The notes under the pieces are model-generated. The model saw nothing but the letters and a program-made list of their open reading frames with translations. It was not told where the DNA came from and made no database searches. Position numbers and translations under genes: made by a program. A stretch of 64,000 nucleotides of DNA from Candidatus Helarchaeota archaeon (GTDB taxonomy: Archaea > Asgardarchaeota > Lokiarchaeia > Helarchaeales > RDOG01): contig JAHPZH010000004.1 in assembly GCA_019058315.1 (NCBI GenBank), forward strand, positions 384,001 through 448,000, written 5' to 3'. Of the stretch, positions 48,683-59,164 are shown piece by piece (the stretch's first letter is position 1; every line of letters starts with the position of its first letter).

Positions 48683-49801
48683 ATGTCTTCTATAGAAATT
48701 AAAGATCCATATGAAATTATATTACAAAAAATGAGGAAATATCCAAACGATATCCCTATAGTAGATGGTGAAATTTCCCAAGCTTTTAGGGAATATATTA
48801 AATTATTATTTACACCAGAAGAAGCAGAAATAGCCCAATATTTAGATATAAGACCATTATCCACACGTGAAATTTCAAAACGTATTGGAAAGACCCGAAA
48901 GGAAACAAAAAAAATCCTCGCAGAAATGACAGATAAAGGTGTAATTCAAGATATAGGTGGGTATTCGTACTTCTTGACAATGGCACATCTTTTAAACATC
49001 GGATTCAAATATTCGAAAGCATTAGAGAGACTCGGAAAAAAGGGAGCAGAATTATATCTTCAATTCTTTATTAAAGAAAAGTATTATAAACGTTATGAAT
49101 CGTCAGATGCCGGAACTTCGCTTATGAGGGTTATCCCTATTGGCCAATCGATTGACTCTCAATCCCAGATCCTAAATGTTGAAGAAATTCATAAAATTAT
49201 GGATGAATGTCAAAAACCAATTGTAATAACTGATTGTCCATGTAGAAATAGGACAGAGATATTAGAAATAAGAGAATGTAAGGACAAATTTCCTATAAAA
49301 GAATCGTGTTTTCAGTTAGGCATATTTGGAAAATATTTTTTAGATAGAGGCGAGGGTAGAGAACTTACTATCGAAGAAGCTCATGAAGTTGTAGATAAAT
49401 TATCGAAACTAGGTCTCGTTTTTACAACCGAGAATGTAAAACAACATAATCATCAAGTGATATGTTGTTGTTGCTCATGTTGTTGTAGCTTATTAAGAGG
49501 TATGACCCGTTTTGAAGAAAAGAATGAAAATTGTATCTCTAAATCAAATTATATTTCAATAGTTGACGAAGATTTATGTAAGGGTTGTGAGCTTTGCTCT
49601 AAAAGATGTCCGTTTAATGCAATTACTATTGAAAATAAAAAGGCATCTGTGGATATTGAAAAGTGTTTTGGCTGTGGTGTATGTGGAGTAACATGTCCTA
49701 ATGGGGCAATTAGACTTCATAGAAAAGAAAGATCCCACATTTTTGAAAATTTTTTACAGTTAATGGATCGGATCTACAAAGAGAATAGAGTTAGTACTTA
49801 G
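48683..49801 (+). CDS. 4Fe-4S dicluster-domain protein
   Basis: CPCR, ICCCCSCCC, two CxxCxxCxxxCP motifs. Confidence 0.85.
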   Translation: MSSIEIKDPYEIILQKMRKYPNDIPIVDGEISQAFREYIKLLFTPEEAEIAQYLDIRPLSTREISKRIGKTRKETKKILAEMTDKGVIQDIGGYSYFLTMAHLLNIGFKYSKALERLGKKGAELYLQFFIKEKYYKRYESSDAGTSLMRVIPIGQSIDSQSQILNVEEIHKIMDECQKPIVITDCPCRNRTEILEIRECKDKFPIKESCFQLGIFGKYFLDRGEGRELTIEEAHEVVDKLSKLGLVFTTENVKQHNHQVICCCCSCCCSLLRGMTRFEEKNENCISKSNYISIVDEDLCKGCELCSKRCPFNAITIENKKASVDIEKCFGCGVCGVTCPNGAIRLHRKERSHIFENFLQLMDRIYKENRVST

Positions 49802-49839
49802 GGGATTAAATAAAAAAAAATAATTTATTAATAATTTAG

Positions 49840-50283
49840 TTATATTTCTTTAAAACTTTCCGTTATTTGTTTGAATTCATCTTTATATTCTGGAAATGTA
49901 TCTGCCACCAATGTAAAGCTTAGTATCACCATTTTAGAACTTGTTGAAATTATTTTCATTATAATTAAAATATCCTTTCCTTCATGTATTCTGCCAGAAA
50001 TGTCTACTGATAAAGCTTTGCAATCTCCTATAGAGAATTTCTGAATGTTTGAAAATTTTGCTTCAGGAGGTAGACTTTGTTTAATCTGATCTAAAAGAAT
50101 ATCTGAAAGACCATGTAAGTCATCAATTGTTTCATCATTTACATCAATTTTTAGATTAGGAAAGGGATTTTCTGGTTTTTTTCTAGCAGCCCACGATTGA
50201 ATTTCCTCAACATATTTATGTACCCAATCTCCAAAATCTAGAGATATTCCAATATCTTTTAAGTCAACTCGCAAGTATTTCAC
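49840..50283 (-). CDS. Hypothetical protein (PsbP-like fold possible)
   Basis: 147-aa ORF ending in F..I.ESF. Confidence 0.5.
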   Translation of the reverse strand: MKYLRVDLKDIGISLDFGDWVHKYVEEIQSWAARKKPENPFPNLKIDVNDETIDDLHGLSDILLDQIKQSLPPEAKFSNIQKFSIGDCKALSVDISGRIHEGKDILIIMKIISTSSKMVILSFTLVADTFPEYKDEFKQITESFKEI

Positions 50284-50424
50284 ATCACTCTATAACTTAA
50301 ACTTATGGACAATATTTAAAAATTTGAGAATATTGACAATATAATTTTCATAAATATATTTTATTCTGATTGTAAATAATCTTTTTAAAATCTATTTTTA
50401 ATTTATTTTAAGATTTCTTTATAG

Positions 50425-51726
50425 GTGATAATATTGAGTTCCTCTGATAAATTTCAAGCAGATGCACTAGGTGCATCTGATACTATAGAATTACCCTGTA
50501 GGGATGTGTGGTTGATTCCAGCGTTCGGAAATGTGGGAGTCGTGAATTGTGGTGATGAAGGACTAGTAATTTTCGATATAGCACAGCCAGCATTTGAAAA
50601 GAAAATCTTTAACGATATAAGAAAGTTTACTGATAAACCTGTCAAATATTTAATCTTTTCCCATGGACACTTCGACCACGCGTTCGGATTTAGAGTTTTC
50701 TTAAAAGAAATAGAAGAAAAAGGATGGAAAAAACCCCAAATAATTGCTCATGAAAATTGTATTAAAAGATTTGAAAAATATAAAATGATGGATGGTCATC
50801 AAAACTTTATTAATTCTCAACAATTCGCAGCATTGACTCAAAAAGGGGTAAGAAGAGTAGTTTTTCCTGAAACAAGTTTGGATCCTACAATTATAATTCG
50901 GGATAATGAAAATTATTCATTTAAATTAGGTTCATTCACATTTGAGCTATATCCTGAATGGGGAGAAACCGATGATGCTATTTGGATGTATTTACCTGAA
51001 AAAAAAGTTATTTTTTCAGGTGATTTGATAATTTCTCATTACCCAAATGTTGGTAATCCCTATAAAGTACAACGTTATCCCAAGCATTGGGCTTTAGCAA
51101 TGGAGAGAATGTTACAAAAAAAAGCTGAATATCTTATTCCAGGTCATGGTGCATTAATTGAAGGTCCTGAAAATATTAAAGAATGTTTAACTATCACAGC
51201 AGAAGCCATGCATTTTGTTCATGATGAAGTTGTGAAACGATTGAATCAAGGAAAATGGTTTGAAGAATTATATCACGAAATGTTAGAAATTTATCCTAAG
51301 AAATTTGAAAAAAGTAAATGGCTTCGTCCAGTTTATGGATGTTATCGATTTGCTATTCACGCAGTTTATCGATTATATCATGGGTGGTATAATTCCGGAA
51401 ATCCGACAGACCTTTTCCCCTCAAAATCCGCTGATATAGCAAATGAATTGTTAAAAATAGCTGGTTCAAATAGCGAAGATAGATATTTTGAACATGCCAA
51501 AAAACTTTTTGAAGATGGAAAACTGCAATTGGCATTACATATCCTTGATGTGATAATTAAAGGCACAGACACACAAAATAAAGAAATGCTCTTAAGATCT
51601 TATAGTTTAAAAAGAAAGATTTTGAAAAAGCAAGCTAATCTTGAAACATCTTTTATTGTGAAAAACATTTTAAATAATGGTGCAATTCAAATCAAGAATA
51701 AAATAAAAGAAATAAAAAAAAGTTAA
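50425..51726 (+). CDS. Metallo-beta-lactamase fold alkyl-sulfatase-like hydrolase
   Basis: SHGHFDH, GETDD, PGHG. Confidence 0.85.
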   Translation: MIILSSSDKFQADALGASDTIELPCRDVWLIPAFGNVGVVNCGDEGLVIFDIAQPAFEKKIFNDIRKFTDKPVKYLIFSHGHFDHAFGFRVFLKEIEEKGWKKPQIIAHENCIKRFEKYKMMDGHQNFINSQQFAALTQKGVRRVVFPETSLDPTIIIRDNENYSFKLGSFTFELYPEWGETDDAIWMYLPEKKVIFSGDLIISHYPNVGNPYKVQRYPKHWALAMERMLQKKAEYLIPGHGALIEGPENIKECLTITAEAMHFVHDEVVKRLNQGKWFEELYHEMLEIYPKKFEKSKWLRPVYGCYRFAIHAVYRLYHGWYNSGNPTDLFPSKSADIANELLKIAGSNSEDRYFEHAKKLFEDGKLQLALHILDVIIKGTDTQNKEMLLRSYSLKRKILKKQANLETSFIVKNILNNGAIQIKNKIKEIKKS

Positions 51727-51767
51727 ATAATAAATAAAGTCTATTCCAATTTTAAGAGGTAATTACA

Positions 51768-53060
51768 TTGAGCTTCTCAGACAAATTTAGAGCTGAATTT
51801 TTTGGTATAGCTAATACAGTTGAATTAGCATGTAAAGACGTTTGGCATATTCCCGCATTCGGAAATGTGGGAATGATAAAATGCGGTGACGAAGGACTAG
51901 TAATTTTTGATATTGCACTTCGAATGTTTAGAAAGAAAATCTTCAAAGAAGTAAGAAAAATAACAGACAAACCGGTTAAATATCTGGTATATTCTCATGG
52001 ACATTTCGATCATTGTTTCGGATTTGAGCCATTCTTAAAGGAAATAGAAGAAAAAGGATGGAACAAGCCCCAAGTTATTGCACATGAAAATTGTATAAAA
52101 AGATTTGAAAAATATAAAATGATGGAAGGACATCAAAATTTTATTAATTCTCAACAATTCGCATCAGAGATGCGTACGGGTTCCGGGGGTATAGTATCTG
52201 CGAAAGAAACTTTAGATCCAACAATTATAATTCGTAATAATGAAAATTATTCATTTGAACTAGGACCATATAAATTTGAAATAAATGCAGAATGGGGGGA
52301 AACTGATGATGCTATTTGGATGTATATGCCTGAAAAGAAAGTAATTTTCGCAGGAGATTTAATGATTTCTGGTTATCCAAACATTGGTAATCCATATAAA
52401 GTTCAGCGTTATCCTAAACATTGGGCCTTGGCAATGGAAAAGATGATTCAAAAAAATGCTGAATATATTATTCCTGGTCATGGTCCGTTGATAAAAGGAC
52501 CTGAAAATGTAAAAGACTGTTTATCTATCACAGCTGAAGCTATGCATTTTGTTCATGATGAAGTTGTAAAAAGATTAAATCAAGGAAAATGGTTCGAAGA
52601 ATTATTTCATGAAATGCTTGAGATATATCCCGAAAAATTCAAAAAAAGCAAATGGTTGGAGCCAATGTATGGCTGTTATCGATTTGGAATTCATGCTGCT
52701 TATCGATTATATCATGGGTGGTATAATTCCGGAAATCCAACAGATTTATTTCCTTCAAAATCATCTGATATAGCAAACGAATTATTAAAAATAGCTGGTT
52801 TAAATAGTGAAGATAAATATTTTGAACATGCAAAAAAACTCTTTGAAGATGGTAAACTCCAATTAGCTCTACATATCCTTGATGTAATAATTAAAGGCAC
52901 AGATCCAAAAAATAAAGAATTACTCTTAAAAGCTTATGAATTGAAGAGAAAAATTTTGAAAAACCAAGCTAATAAGGAAACATCGTTCATAGTGAAGAAT
53001 ATTATAAATAATGGCGCAGTTCAAATCAAAAAGAAAATAAAAGAAATGAAGAAATCTTAA
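51768..53060 (+). CDS. Tandem paralog of the alkyl-sulfatase-like MBL hydrolase
   Basis: Same motifs; colinear with the previous gene. Confidence 0.85.
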   Translation: MSFSDKFRAEFFGIANTVELACKDVWHIPAFGNVGMIKCGDEGLVIFDIALRMFRKKIFKEVRKITDKPVKYLVYSHGHFDHCFGFEPFLKEIEEKGWNKPQVIAHENCIKRFEKYKMMEGHQNFINSQQFASEMRTGSGGIVSAKETLDPTIIIRNNENYSFELGPYKFEINAEWGETDDAIWMYMPEKKVIFAGDLMISGYPNIGNPYKVQRYPKHWALAMEKMIQKNAEYIIPGHGPLIKGPENVKDCLSITAEAMHFVHDEVVKRLNQGKWFEELFHEMLEIYPEKFKKSKWLEPMYGCYRFGIHAAYRLYHGWYNSGNPTDLFPSKSSDIANELLKIAGLNSEDKYFEHAKKLFEDGKLQLALHILDVIIKGTDPKNKELLLKAYELKRKILKNQANKETSFIVKNIINNGAVQIKKKIKEMKKS

Positions 53061-53114
53061 TTTAACAATATAATTTAATCAATTTTTTTTAGAGATTTAA
53101 ATATTGAATCCAAA

Positions 53115-54098
53115 ATGACTGAATTTATTAAAAGAAATATTCCATTAATAACTCTCATTTTACTCTCCCCAACTATAGGAGAATTACTTTCCGGTTCTGC
53201 CCCTCCTTTAGAATTTTTTAATCCATTCGGATTTATTATACTTGTTGGTCTTTATGGACTTGGAGCATTAATTATTAGGGAACTTCGTGTGAAGTGGGAA
53301 AAAGGTTGGTGGAGCATTCTAATATTAGGAATGGCTTATGGAATTATAGAGGAGGGGCTTGCAATTAAGAGTTTTTTTGATCCAAATTGGATGGATTTAG
53401 GAAATTTGGGCTCATATGGAAGGTTATTTGGTGTCAATTGGGTATGGAGTGTATGGCTAACAATCTATCATACAATTATTAGTATCGCAATTCCAATACT
53501 GCTTTTTGAATTATTATTTCCAGATAAAGAAGATGAAAGATTATTGACAGAAAATAAACTTGGTATAGTTGTTATCCTCTTCATTATTGATGTGATATTC
53601 ATTTCTCTCTTTATGACTCCATATTTTCCTGACTTTTTCCTCTATTTTTTTACCCTAATAATTGTAATATTATTATTTTTAATTGCTTGGAAAATTAGTC
53701 CTGATATTATTTCTCTAAAGAATGAAGAACCCAAAATTCGAGCAGGATGGTTTGGAATCGTGGGATTAATAGCTATATTTTCGTTTTTTATTATTAATAT
53801 AACATTAACTTACTTAATTTCTGAATTTATAATTCCGATAATTCTTGATCTGCTTGTAACACTATTTTTATTACTTCTTGTTATCAAATATGCAGGTTAT
53901 AACAATAATTCATACCATAAACTTGCATTTGCAAGTGGTTTTCTATCGTTTTTTATATTTCTTTCATTTTTTCAAGAATTAAATGGTGTCTTTGGGATGT
54001 CTGTTGTGGGAATATTCTTTATTATATTCTTATTTTATATCAGAAGGAAAGTTTTATCAGAACAAAGCACAAGCAAGGTTAGTAAATTAATTGAATAA
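53115..54098 (+). CDS. Conserved integral membrane protein
   Basis: LSPTIGELLSGS...YGIIEEGL; multiple TM segments. Confidence 0.7.
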   Translation: MTEFIKRNIPLITLILLSPTIGELLSGSAPPLEFFNPFGFIILVGLYGLGALIIRELRVKWEKGWWSILILGMAYGIIEEGLAIKSFFDPNWMDLGNLGSYGRLFGVNWVWSVWLTIYHTIISIAIPILLFELLFPDKEDERLLTENKLGIVVILFIIDVIFISLFMTPYFPDFFLYFFTLIIVILLFLIAWKISPDIISLKNEEPKIRAGWFGIVGLIAIFSFFIINITLTYLISEFIIPIILDLLVTLFLLLLVIKYAGYNNNSYHKLAFASGFLSFFIFLSFFQELNGVFGMSVVGIFFIIFLFYIRRKVLSEQSTSKVSKLIE

Positions 54099-54110
54099 CT
54101 AGATTACTTA

Positions 54111-54941
54111 TTATTTGAAATTATTTAAAACTAGGATTTCTTTTATTTTTCCTCTTCTTTTTGCGTTACTATTAATTGCTCTCTTTGCATAAATCGTCAT
54201 AATCTTAAAATCTTTATATAAATCTAAAATAAATTTATTATAAGAATTACTCAACATTACTTTGCAACCTATTTCATCAAGTTGCCTAAAAACTTGAAAT
54301 AATTGACTCTGTGAATCTTTTCCAAACATATTTTTTGTGTAACCAGTAAAATTGGAAGTTTCTGAAATTGGATGATAAGGCGGATCAAGATAAACAAAAT
54401 CATCCTTTTCTGCAAAATTTAAGCAACTTTCAAAACTATTTTTATAGATTTCAATATCTTTTAGCACAATACTAACTGCCTTTAAATTCTTTTCATCACA
54501 AAAATTAGGGTTCTTATATCTACCAAATGGAACATTAAATTCTCCTTTACTATTAACCCTGTAAAGGCCATTATAGCAACATCTATTTAAATAAATAGTT
54601 CTAGACGCTCGCTCTACATCTGAAATTTTATTAAATTCTTCATGATTACGATCCAAATTTCGAATTTTATAAAAATAGCTCTTCTCGTTTTTATGCTTTT
54701 TCAATAGCCCTATTAATTCAGCTACATTATTCTTAATTACTTTATAACAATTAATTAATTCCCCATTATTATCGATTAAAATTGCTTGTTTAGGTAATAA
54801 ATGGAAAAATACTGCACCTCCACCCACAAATGGTTCAACATATTTATTAAATTTCTGAGGAAAATATTGATCAAATTGTTCTAGTAATTGTCTTTTACCC
54901 CCTGCCCATTTTAAAAAAGGGTGTGCAGAATTTTCCGACAT
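54111..54941 (-). CDS. dam: Dam-family DNA adenine methyltransferase (orphan)
   Basis: KWAGGK, EPFVGGG, NVPFG, DPPY. Confidence 0.9.
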   Translation of the reverse strand: MSENSAHPFLKWAGGKRQLLEQFDQYFPQKFNKYVEPFVGGGAVFFHLLPKQAILIDNNGELINCYKVIKNNVAELIGLLKKHKNEKSYFYKIRNLDRNHEEFNKISDVERASRTIYLNRCCYNGLYRVNSKGEFNVPFGRYKNPNFCDEKNLKAVSIVLKDIEIYKNSFESCLNFAEKDDFVYLDPPYHPISETSNFTGYTKNMFGKDSQSQLFQVFRQLDEIGCKVMLSNSYNKFILDLYKDFKIMTIYAKRAINSNAKRRGKIKEILVLNNFK

Positions 54942-55202
54942 TTTGGTAATTCACTTTTAATTTTCAAATTCCCAATATTTTTGTCGTTTTAATTAAAAGA
55001 ATATATTCTAAGGACTTATATCTAATAGAAAATTTTTGAAATTTTTGTAAGAAATAGAAAATATTATGTAATTTTTTTAATAATATATTTTGAAATGCTC
55101 CGCATTTCTACTAAATTTGTTTAAATTTTATTAAATAAGAAATAGTTATTATTAAAAATAACAAACATTAAAAATGTATTTTATAAAAGGAGATAAATTT
55201 GA

Positions 55203-56444
55203 ATGCCAGCAATAAAAATGGAAGATAATGTATATTGGATAGGAGCGAATGTTCATACTGAAGATTTGTTTGAAGGAATTTGGCCTATTCCTAATGGAGT
55301 TGCTTTAAATAGTTATATTGTAAAAGGTGATAAAATTGCAATTGTAGAACTCGTCCGTGAATGGGGTGGAGCAGCGATGTGTTTACTTGAAAATTTAAAT
55401 TCTCTTTCAATTTCACTCAAAGATATTGATTATATCATTCTCAATCATCTAGAACCAGATCACACTGGATTTACCTATTTATTTCGTACATTATCCCCTA
55501 AAGCACAAATAGTAACAACCGAAAAAGGTGCCTCCCTAATAAATGGTTTTTATGGTATTGATGATCATATTTCTATTGTAAAAACTGGGGATGAATTAGA
55601 TCTGGGTCAGAATAAGCATTTCCAGTTTATTGAAATCCCAAATGTTCATTGGCCGGAAACAATGGTTTCTTATGAAACTAATACAAAAATTCTTTTTTCT
55701 GGAGATGCATTTGGGGCTTTTGGAGTTCATCTTGGAGAAATTTTTGATGATGAAACGCCTGACGTTCATAAACCATATTGGGAGGAAGAAATGTTACGGT
55801 ATTATGCAAATATTATTGCTACATTTTCTTCAAATGTTCTCAAAGCCATAGATTCGTTGGCTAATATTAATATTAAAATGATTGCACCATCACATGGTCT
55901 GATTTGGCGAAAACATCCAGAAGTAGTTATAAGGAAATATTTACGTTATGCAAATTATAATAAAGATTTTGCAGAACCAGAAATATGTGTTGTTTGGGGG
56001 AGTATGTATGGAAATACAGAAGTGATGTTGAATTCAATATTAAGGGGCATTGCAAGTGAGGGTGTACCAGTAACTGTTCATAGAGTACCAAATGAAGATG
56101 TCTCTTTTATCCTAGCAGATGCTTATAAATCCGCAGGGTTAATCATTGGAGCACCTACTTATGAGTATGGAATGTTTCCTCCGATGAAATATTTCCTTGA
56201 AATTTTAAAAAAGAAATTGATTTGGTATAAAAAAGTTTTATATTTTGGATCATTTAGTTGGAGCGGTGGAGCACAACGGGAGTTTGATGCCTTAAGCAAA
56301 AATATGCATTGGGACATAATGGATCCAATAGTGTTTAAAGGACATCCCAGCAATGAACAATTAAAGAAAGGGGAAGCACAAGGTGCCGAATTAGCGATGC
56401 AAGTGAAAAATATTCCTTCTAAAATAAAAGATGAAAATTATTAA
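55203..56444 (+). CDS. fprA: Flavodiiron protein (FprA family)
   Basis: NHLEPDH, HWPE, SGDAFG, SMYGNT. Confidence 0.9.
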   Translation: MPAIKMEDNVYWIGANVHTEDLFEGIWPIPNGVALNSYIVKGDKIAIVELVREWGGAAMCLLENLNSLSISLKDIDYIILNHLEPDHTGFTYLFRTLSPKAQIVTTEKGASLINGFYGIDDHISIVKTGDELDLGQNKHFQFIEIPNVHWPETMVSYETNTKILFSGDAFGAFGVHLGEIFDDETPDVHKPYWEEEMLRYYANIIATFSSNVLKAIDSLANINIKMIAPSHGLIWRKHPEVVIRKYLRYANYNKDFAEPEICVVWGSMYGNTEVMLNSILRGIASEGVPVTVHRVPNEDVSFILADAYKSAGLIIGAPTYEYGMFPPMKYFLEILKKKLIWYKKVLYFGSFSWSGGAQREFDALSKNMHWDIMDPIVFKGHPSNEQLKKGEAQGAELAMQVKNIPSKIKDENY

Positions 56445-56478
56445 CATTCATAAAATAAAAAAGATTAATTAAATTTGA

Positions 56479-56811
56479 TTAGATTTTTTCCTGAGGTCTT
56501 CTTTCTGGAATTTTATTAGGCTTCTTACCACTTTCAATGAACTCTTTAGAAAGGAATAAAGCACAGTAACAATGCCCATATTCTTTGATATCTGGTTCAG
56601 AGTATTGGCAAGGGCAGATGATATCACGGTCCTTTTCTTTTTCACCGGTGGCTAATCTACAAGGGCAGGAACGATATCCAAACCGCTCTTTATTAATAGC
56701 AAGACCTTCAATTAAGTCATTTAACATGATTTCATCAGGTTCTAAAATCCAATTTCTATGATCAGCAACTGTCTTTACATATTTTTTCGTATCTTCTATG
56801 TCAGGCATCAT
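56479..56811 (-). CDS. Ferredoxin:thioredoxin reductase catalytic subunit
   Basis: CPCR...CPC...HCYC. Confidence 0.9.
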   Translation of the reverse strand: MMPDIEDTKKYVKTVADHRNWILEPDEIMLNDLIEGLAINKERFGYRSCPCRLATGEKEKDRDIICPCQYSEPDIKEYGHCYCALFLSKEFIESGKKPNKIPERRPQEKI

Positions 56812-57088
56812 TTACCAAATCCTGTATTTTTTGATCTATAAATTGATTTTCAATAAATTCATCATCAATAAACATCATTGGAAATGCTAATATCCGTCTG
56901 TATTGTCTTAGTTGAGATTTTACCTCTGTTTTCTCTGGAAGAGTTAATAAATCTATATCTAAATAAGTATATTCTATATTATTCTGATTTAATTTCCTTT
57001 TTAATCTCGTACACCACATACACGTAGAAATCGTATAGATTTTTACCTTTTGTTTGTTGTATTTACCAGAAACAGTTTTGAAATCCAT
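56801..57088 (-). CDS. Glutaredoxin-like protein
   Basis: CMWC and FP cis-Pro motif. Confidence 0.85.
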   Translation of the reverse strand: MDFKTVSGKYNKQKVKIYTISTCMWCTRLKRKLNQNNIEYTYLDIDLLTLPEKTEVKSQLRQYRRILAFPMMFIDDEFIENQFIDQKIQDLVNDA

Positions 57089-57152
57089 TTTTTTCCCATC
57101 AATAATTTTTAATTTTGAATAAAATATCTAATTCTAAATTTTTTATATTTAT

Positions 57153-57722
57153 TTAAGCATATCGTTCCTCTTTCCATGGATCTGCCGTATTACTATAGCC
57201 TCCTTGTTCCCAATAACCAAGTTCATCCTTTTCAACGAATTTTAATTTTAGAACCCACTTAGCACTTTTATAAAAATATTTTTTAGGGACCAATCCCCTC
57301 ACTGGACCACCATGTTTAATATTCAAATCTTCTCCGTTATATTTGAATGCTAACATTGTGTCATCTCCCATCAAATCCTTTATAGGCAAGCTGGTTGTAA
57401 AGGATCCTCCTAAATCTGCACATTCAAAAATAACAAATTTTGCTTTTTCGGTTGGTTTAACTATTTTAAAAATTTCCTTAAAAAGCACTCCTTCCCAGTT
57501 AGTATCCAATAAACTCCAGGTAGTTACACAATGAATATCTGTTTTAATTTTTGTTTTTGGTAATTTGATAAATTCTTCATAATTATATTTCTTAGGGTTT
57601 TCTACTTCTCCATAAATTTCGAGACTCCAATTTTCTTTCGTTAAATCATAAGGAATTCCTCCTGCCTGTAAAACTGGAAATCTACTAACCTCTGTTTGAT
57701 TCGGTGGTAAACGATCTTTCAT
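57153..57722 (-). CDS. Sulfite-oxidase-like molybdopterin oxidoreductase
   Basis: DIHCVTTWS, HGGPVR, KSAKW, GYWE. Confidence 0.9.
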   Translation of the reverse strand: MKDRLPPNQTEVSRFPVLQAGGIPYDLTKENWSLEIYGEVENPKKYNYEEFIKLPKTKIKTDIHCVTTWSLLDTNWEGVLFKEIFKIVKPTEKAKFVIFECADLGGSFTTSLPIKDLMGDDTMLAFKYNGEDLNIKHGGPVRGLVPKKYFYKSAKWVLKLKFVEKDELGYWEQGGYSNTADPWKEERYA

Positions 57723-57869
57723 TTTTTGAACCAGATATATTTTATTTCAATTTTTAATAATGGAATTAAAGTAAAATTTTATACTCTAATTAAAGTACTA
57801 AAAATTTGAATTTATTATTGTTTGATAAAAATCATTTTTTTAATTTTAAATATTTTAAGGTTCAATTGA

Positions 57870-58001
57870 ACTAATCTCACAAATTGAAAATCCAATACCA
57901 GTTCATTTATCAATGTGTTTAGTAGAAAAGAACGGTTCAAAAACCCTAAGCAAATCAGACTCTTTGATTCCTTTACTATTATCAATTATTTTAATTTCTA
58001 C
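57870..58001 (-). pseudogene. HATPase_c (histidine kinase) fragment
   Basis: VEIKIIDNSKGIKESDLLRVFEPFFSTKHIDK*TGIGFSICEI. Confidence 0.7.
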
Positions 58002-58081
58002 ATTACATTTTATTTTTGAAAATGTAATTTAAATTTTAGGTTTATGTTTTTTTGATATTGTTTATTTCTGATATTGTTTGT

Positions 58082-58651
58082 TTATATCATAAATGAAGGT
58101 AAATGATTTTTATAGAATTTTAAATATTTTTCGATAATTTTTTGATCAGAAATTTTAAAAACTGTATTTAATTTTGAAATTAATTCAATTTTTGTTAAAA
58201 TTCCTGAAATTAACAAAATTTCCATCTTATCTTTAATAATAAATGTCGAATTTATGTTTGGATTTATGAAATGATTAATTTTTGGGGTGGATGCCAGTAT
58301 GTCAAATGATTGAATGCCATCTTTTTCATATATGTTATTTCTTTTTGTCGTTATTACAAAAATATTTTTTAATTCATTCAATTTCTTAAGAATTAAATCT
58401 AAAATATCAGAACTTATAAATTTGGATGCAAATATTAATTCGATTTTAGATTCATCAATGAAATTAGTGACTATTTTATAAATTTCCTTACTATTTGGAG
58501 GTATTGATGTTGTGAGGAAATAATTTTGACTTTGTATATTCAGAATATTGATTAATTTATCCTCTAATTTTAAATTTTCCTCTTTAAGTACTTTAATTCT
58601 ATCTTGTAAATTTATTATTAGCTCCTTATATGAACCGTAAGTCTTGGACAT
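58082..58651 (-). CDS. Coiled-coil + degenerate PLD-like domain protein
   Basis: IFASKFIS and INSTFIIKD...LISGILT resemble a degenerate HKD fold. Confidence 0.5.
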   Translation of the reverse strand: MSKTYGSYKELIINLQDRIKVLKEENLKLEDKLINILNIQSQNYFLTTSIPPNSKEIYKIVTNFIDESKIELIFASKFISSDILDLILKKLNELKNIFVITTKRNNIYEKDGIQSFDILASTPKINHFINPNINSTFIIKDKMEILLISGILTKIELISKLNTVFKISDQKIIEKYLKFYKNHLPSFMI

Positions 58652-58728
58652 AATCTAGTCCTTCTGATGTTTTATTTATAAAAATTTATGAAACTGCTTT
58701 CTTCAAAATTTTAAATAAAAAATAAATT

Positions 58729-59118
58729 TTAATTAATTTTAGTCATTTCAGCGAACAGGTTTTCAAAAATCTTCTCATAATTTTCCTTCTGAAGATTTGA
58801 AAGTATTTGTGCAGCTCCTTTCTTCAAAATTTCTTTAAATTTCAGAGGTTTTTCATTCCTTCTTAATAATAAAGCAATTATATAATTAGGAATAACTACT
58901 TGGTTATCATCTATTCCACTAAAAAAGCTAATAATTTTAGTGTTTATCAGTGTTAAAGAAGCAAAATTCGGTCCTGTAGTATTCATCCGGTGATTTGCGT
59001 ATATATTTGTTAATAATTTAGTAGTTATTTTTAAATTCTTAGGATATTTAGCAACAAGTATTGCACCCGTATCATTATTCCAGGTTATAATCGCTATTCC
59101 TTTAGGCATTTGGAACAC
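58729..59118 (-). CDS. Longin/uDENN-like small domain protein
   Basis: GIAIITWNNDTGAILVAKYP; paralogous to the N-terminus of 60912-62033. Confidence 0.55.
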   Translation of the reverse strand: MFQMPKGIAIITWNNDTGAILVAKYPKNLKITTKLLTNIYANHRMNTTGPNFASLTLINTKIISFFSGIDDNQVVIPNYIIALLLRRNEKPLKFKEILKKGAAQILSNLQKENYEKIFENLFAEMTKIN

Positions 59119-59164
59119 TATAATTTATTTTTATTTATCGTTATTAGATGGAAAAAATTATATC

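Noticed and set aside
50425-53060. Tandem MBL genes as an assembly artefact or novel system
   Set aside because: Diverged throughout with intact frames; ordinary paralogs
57870-58001. Selenocysteine readthrough of the in-frame TGA
   Set aside because: The TGA replaces the Gly of the kinase GxG box in a start-less fragment, so this is a pseudogene
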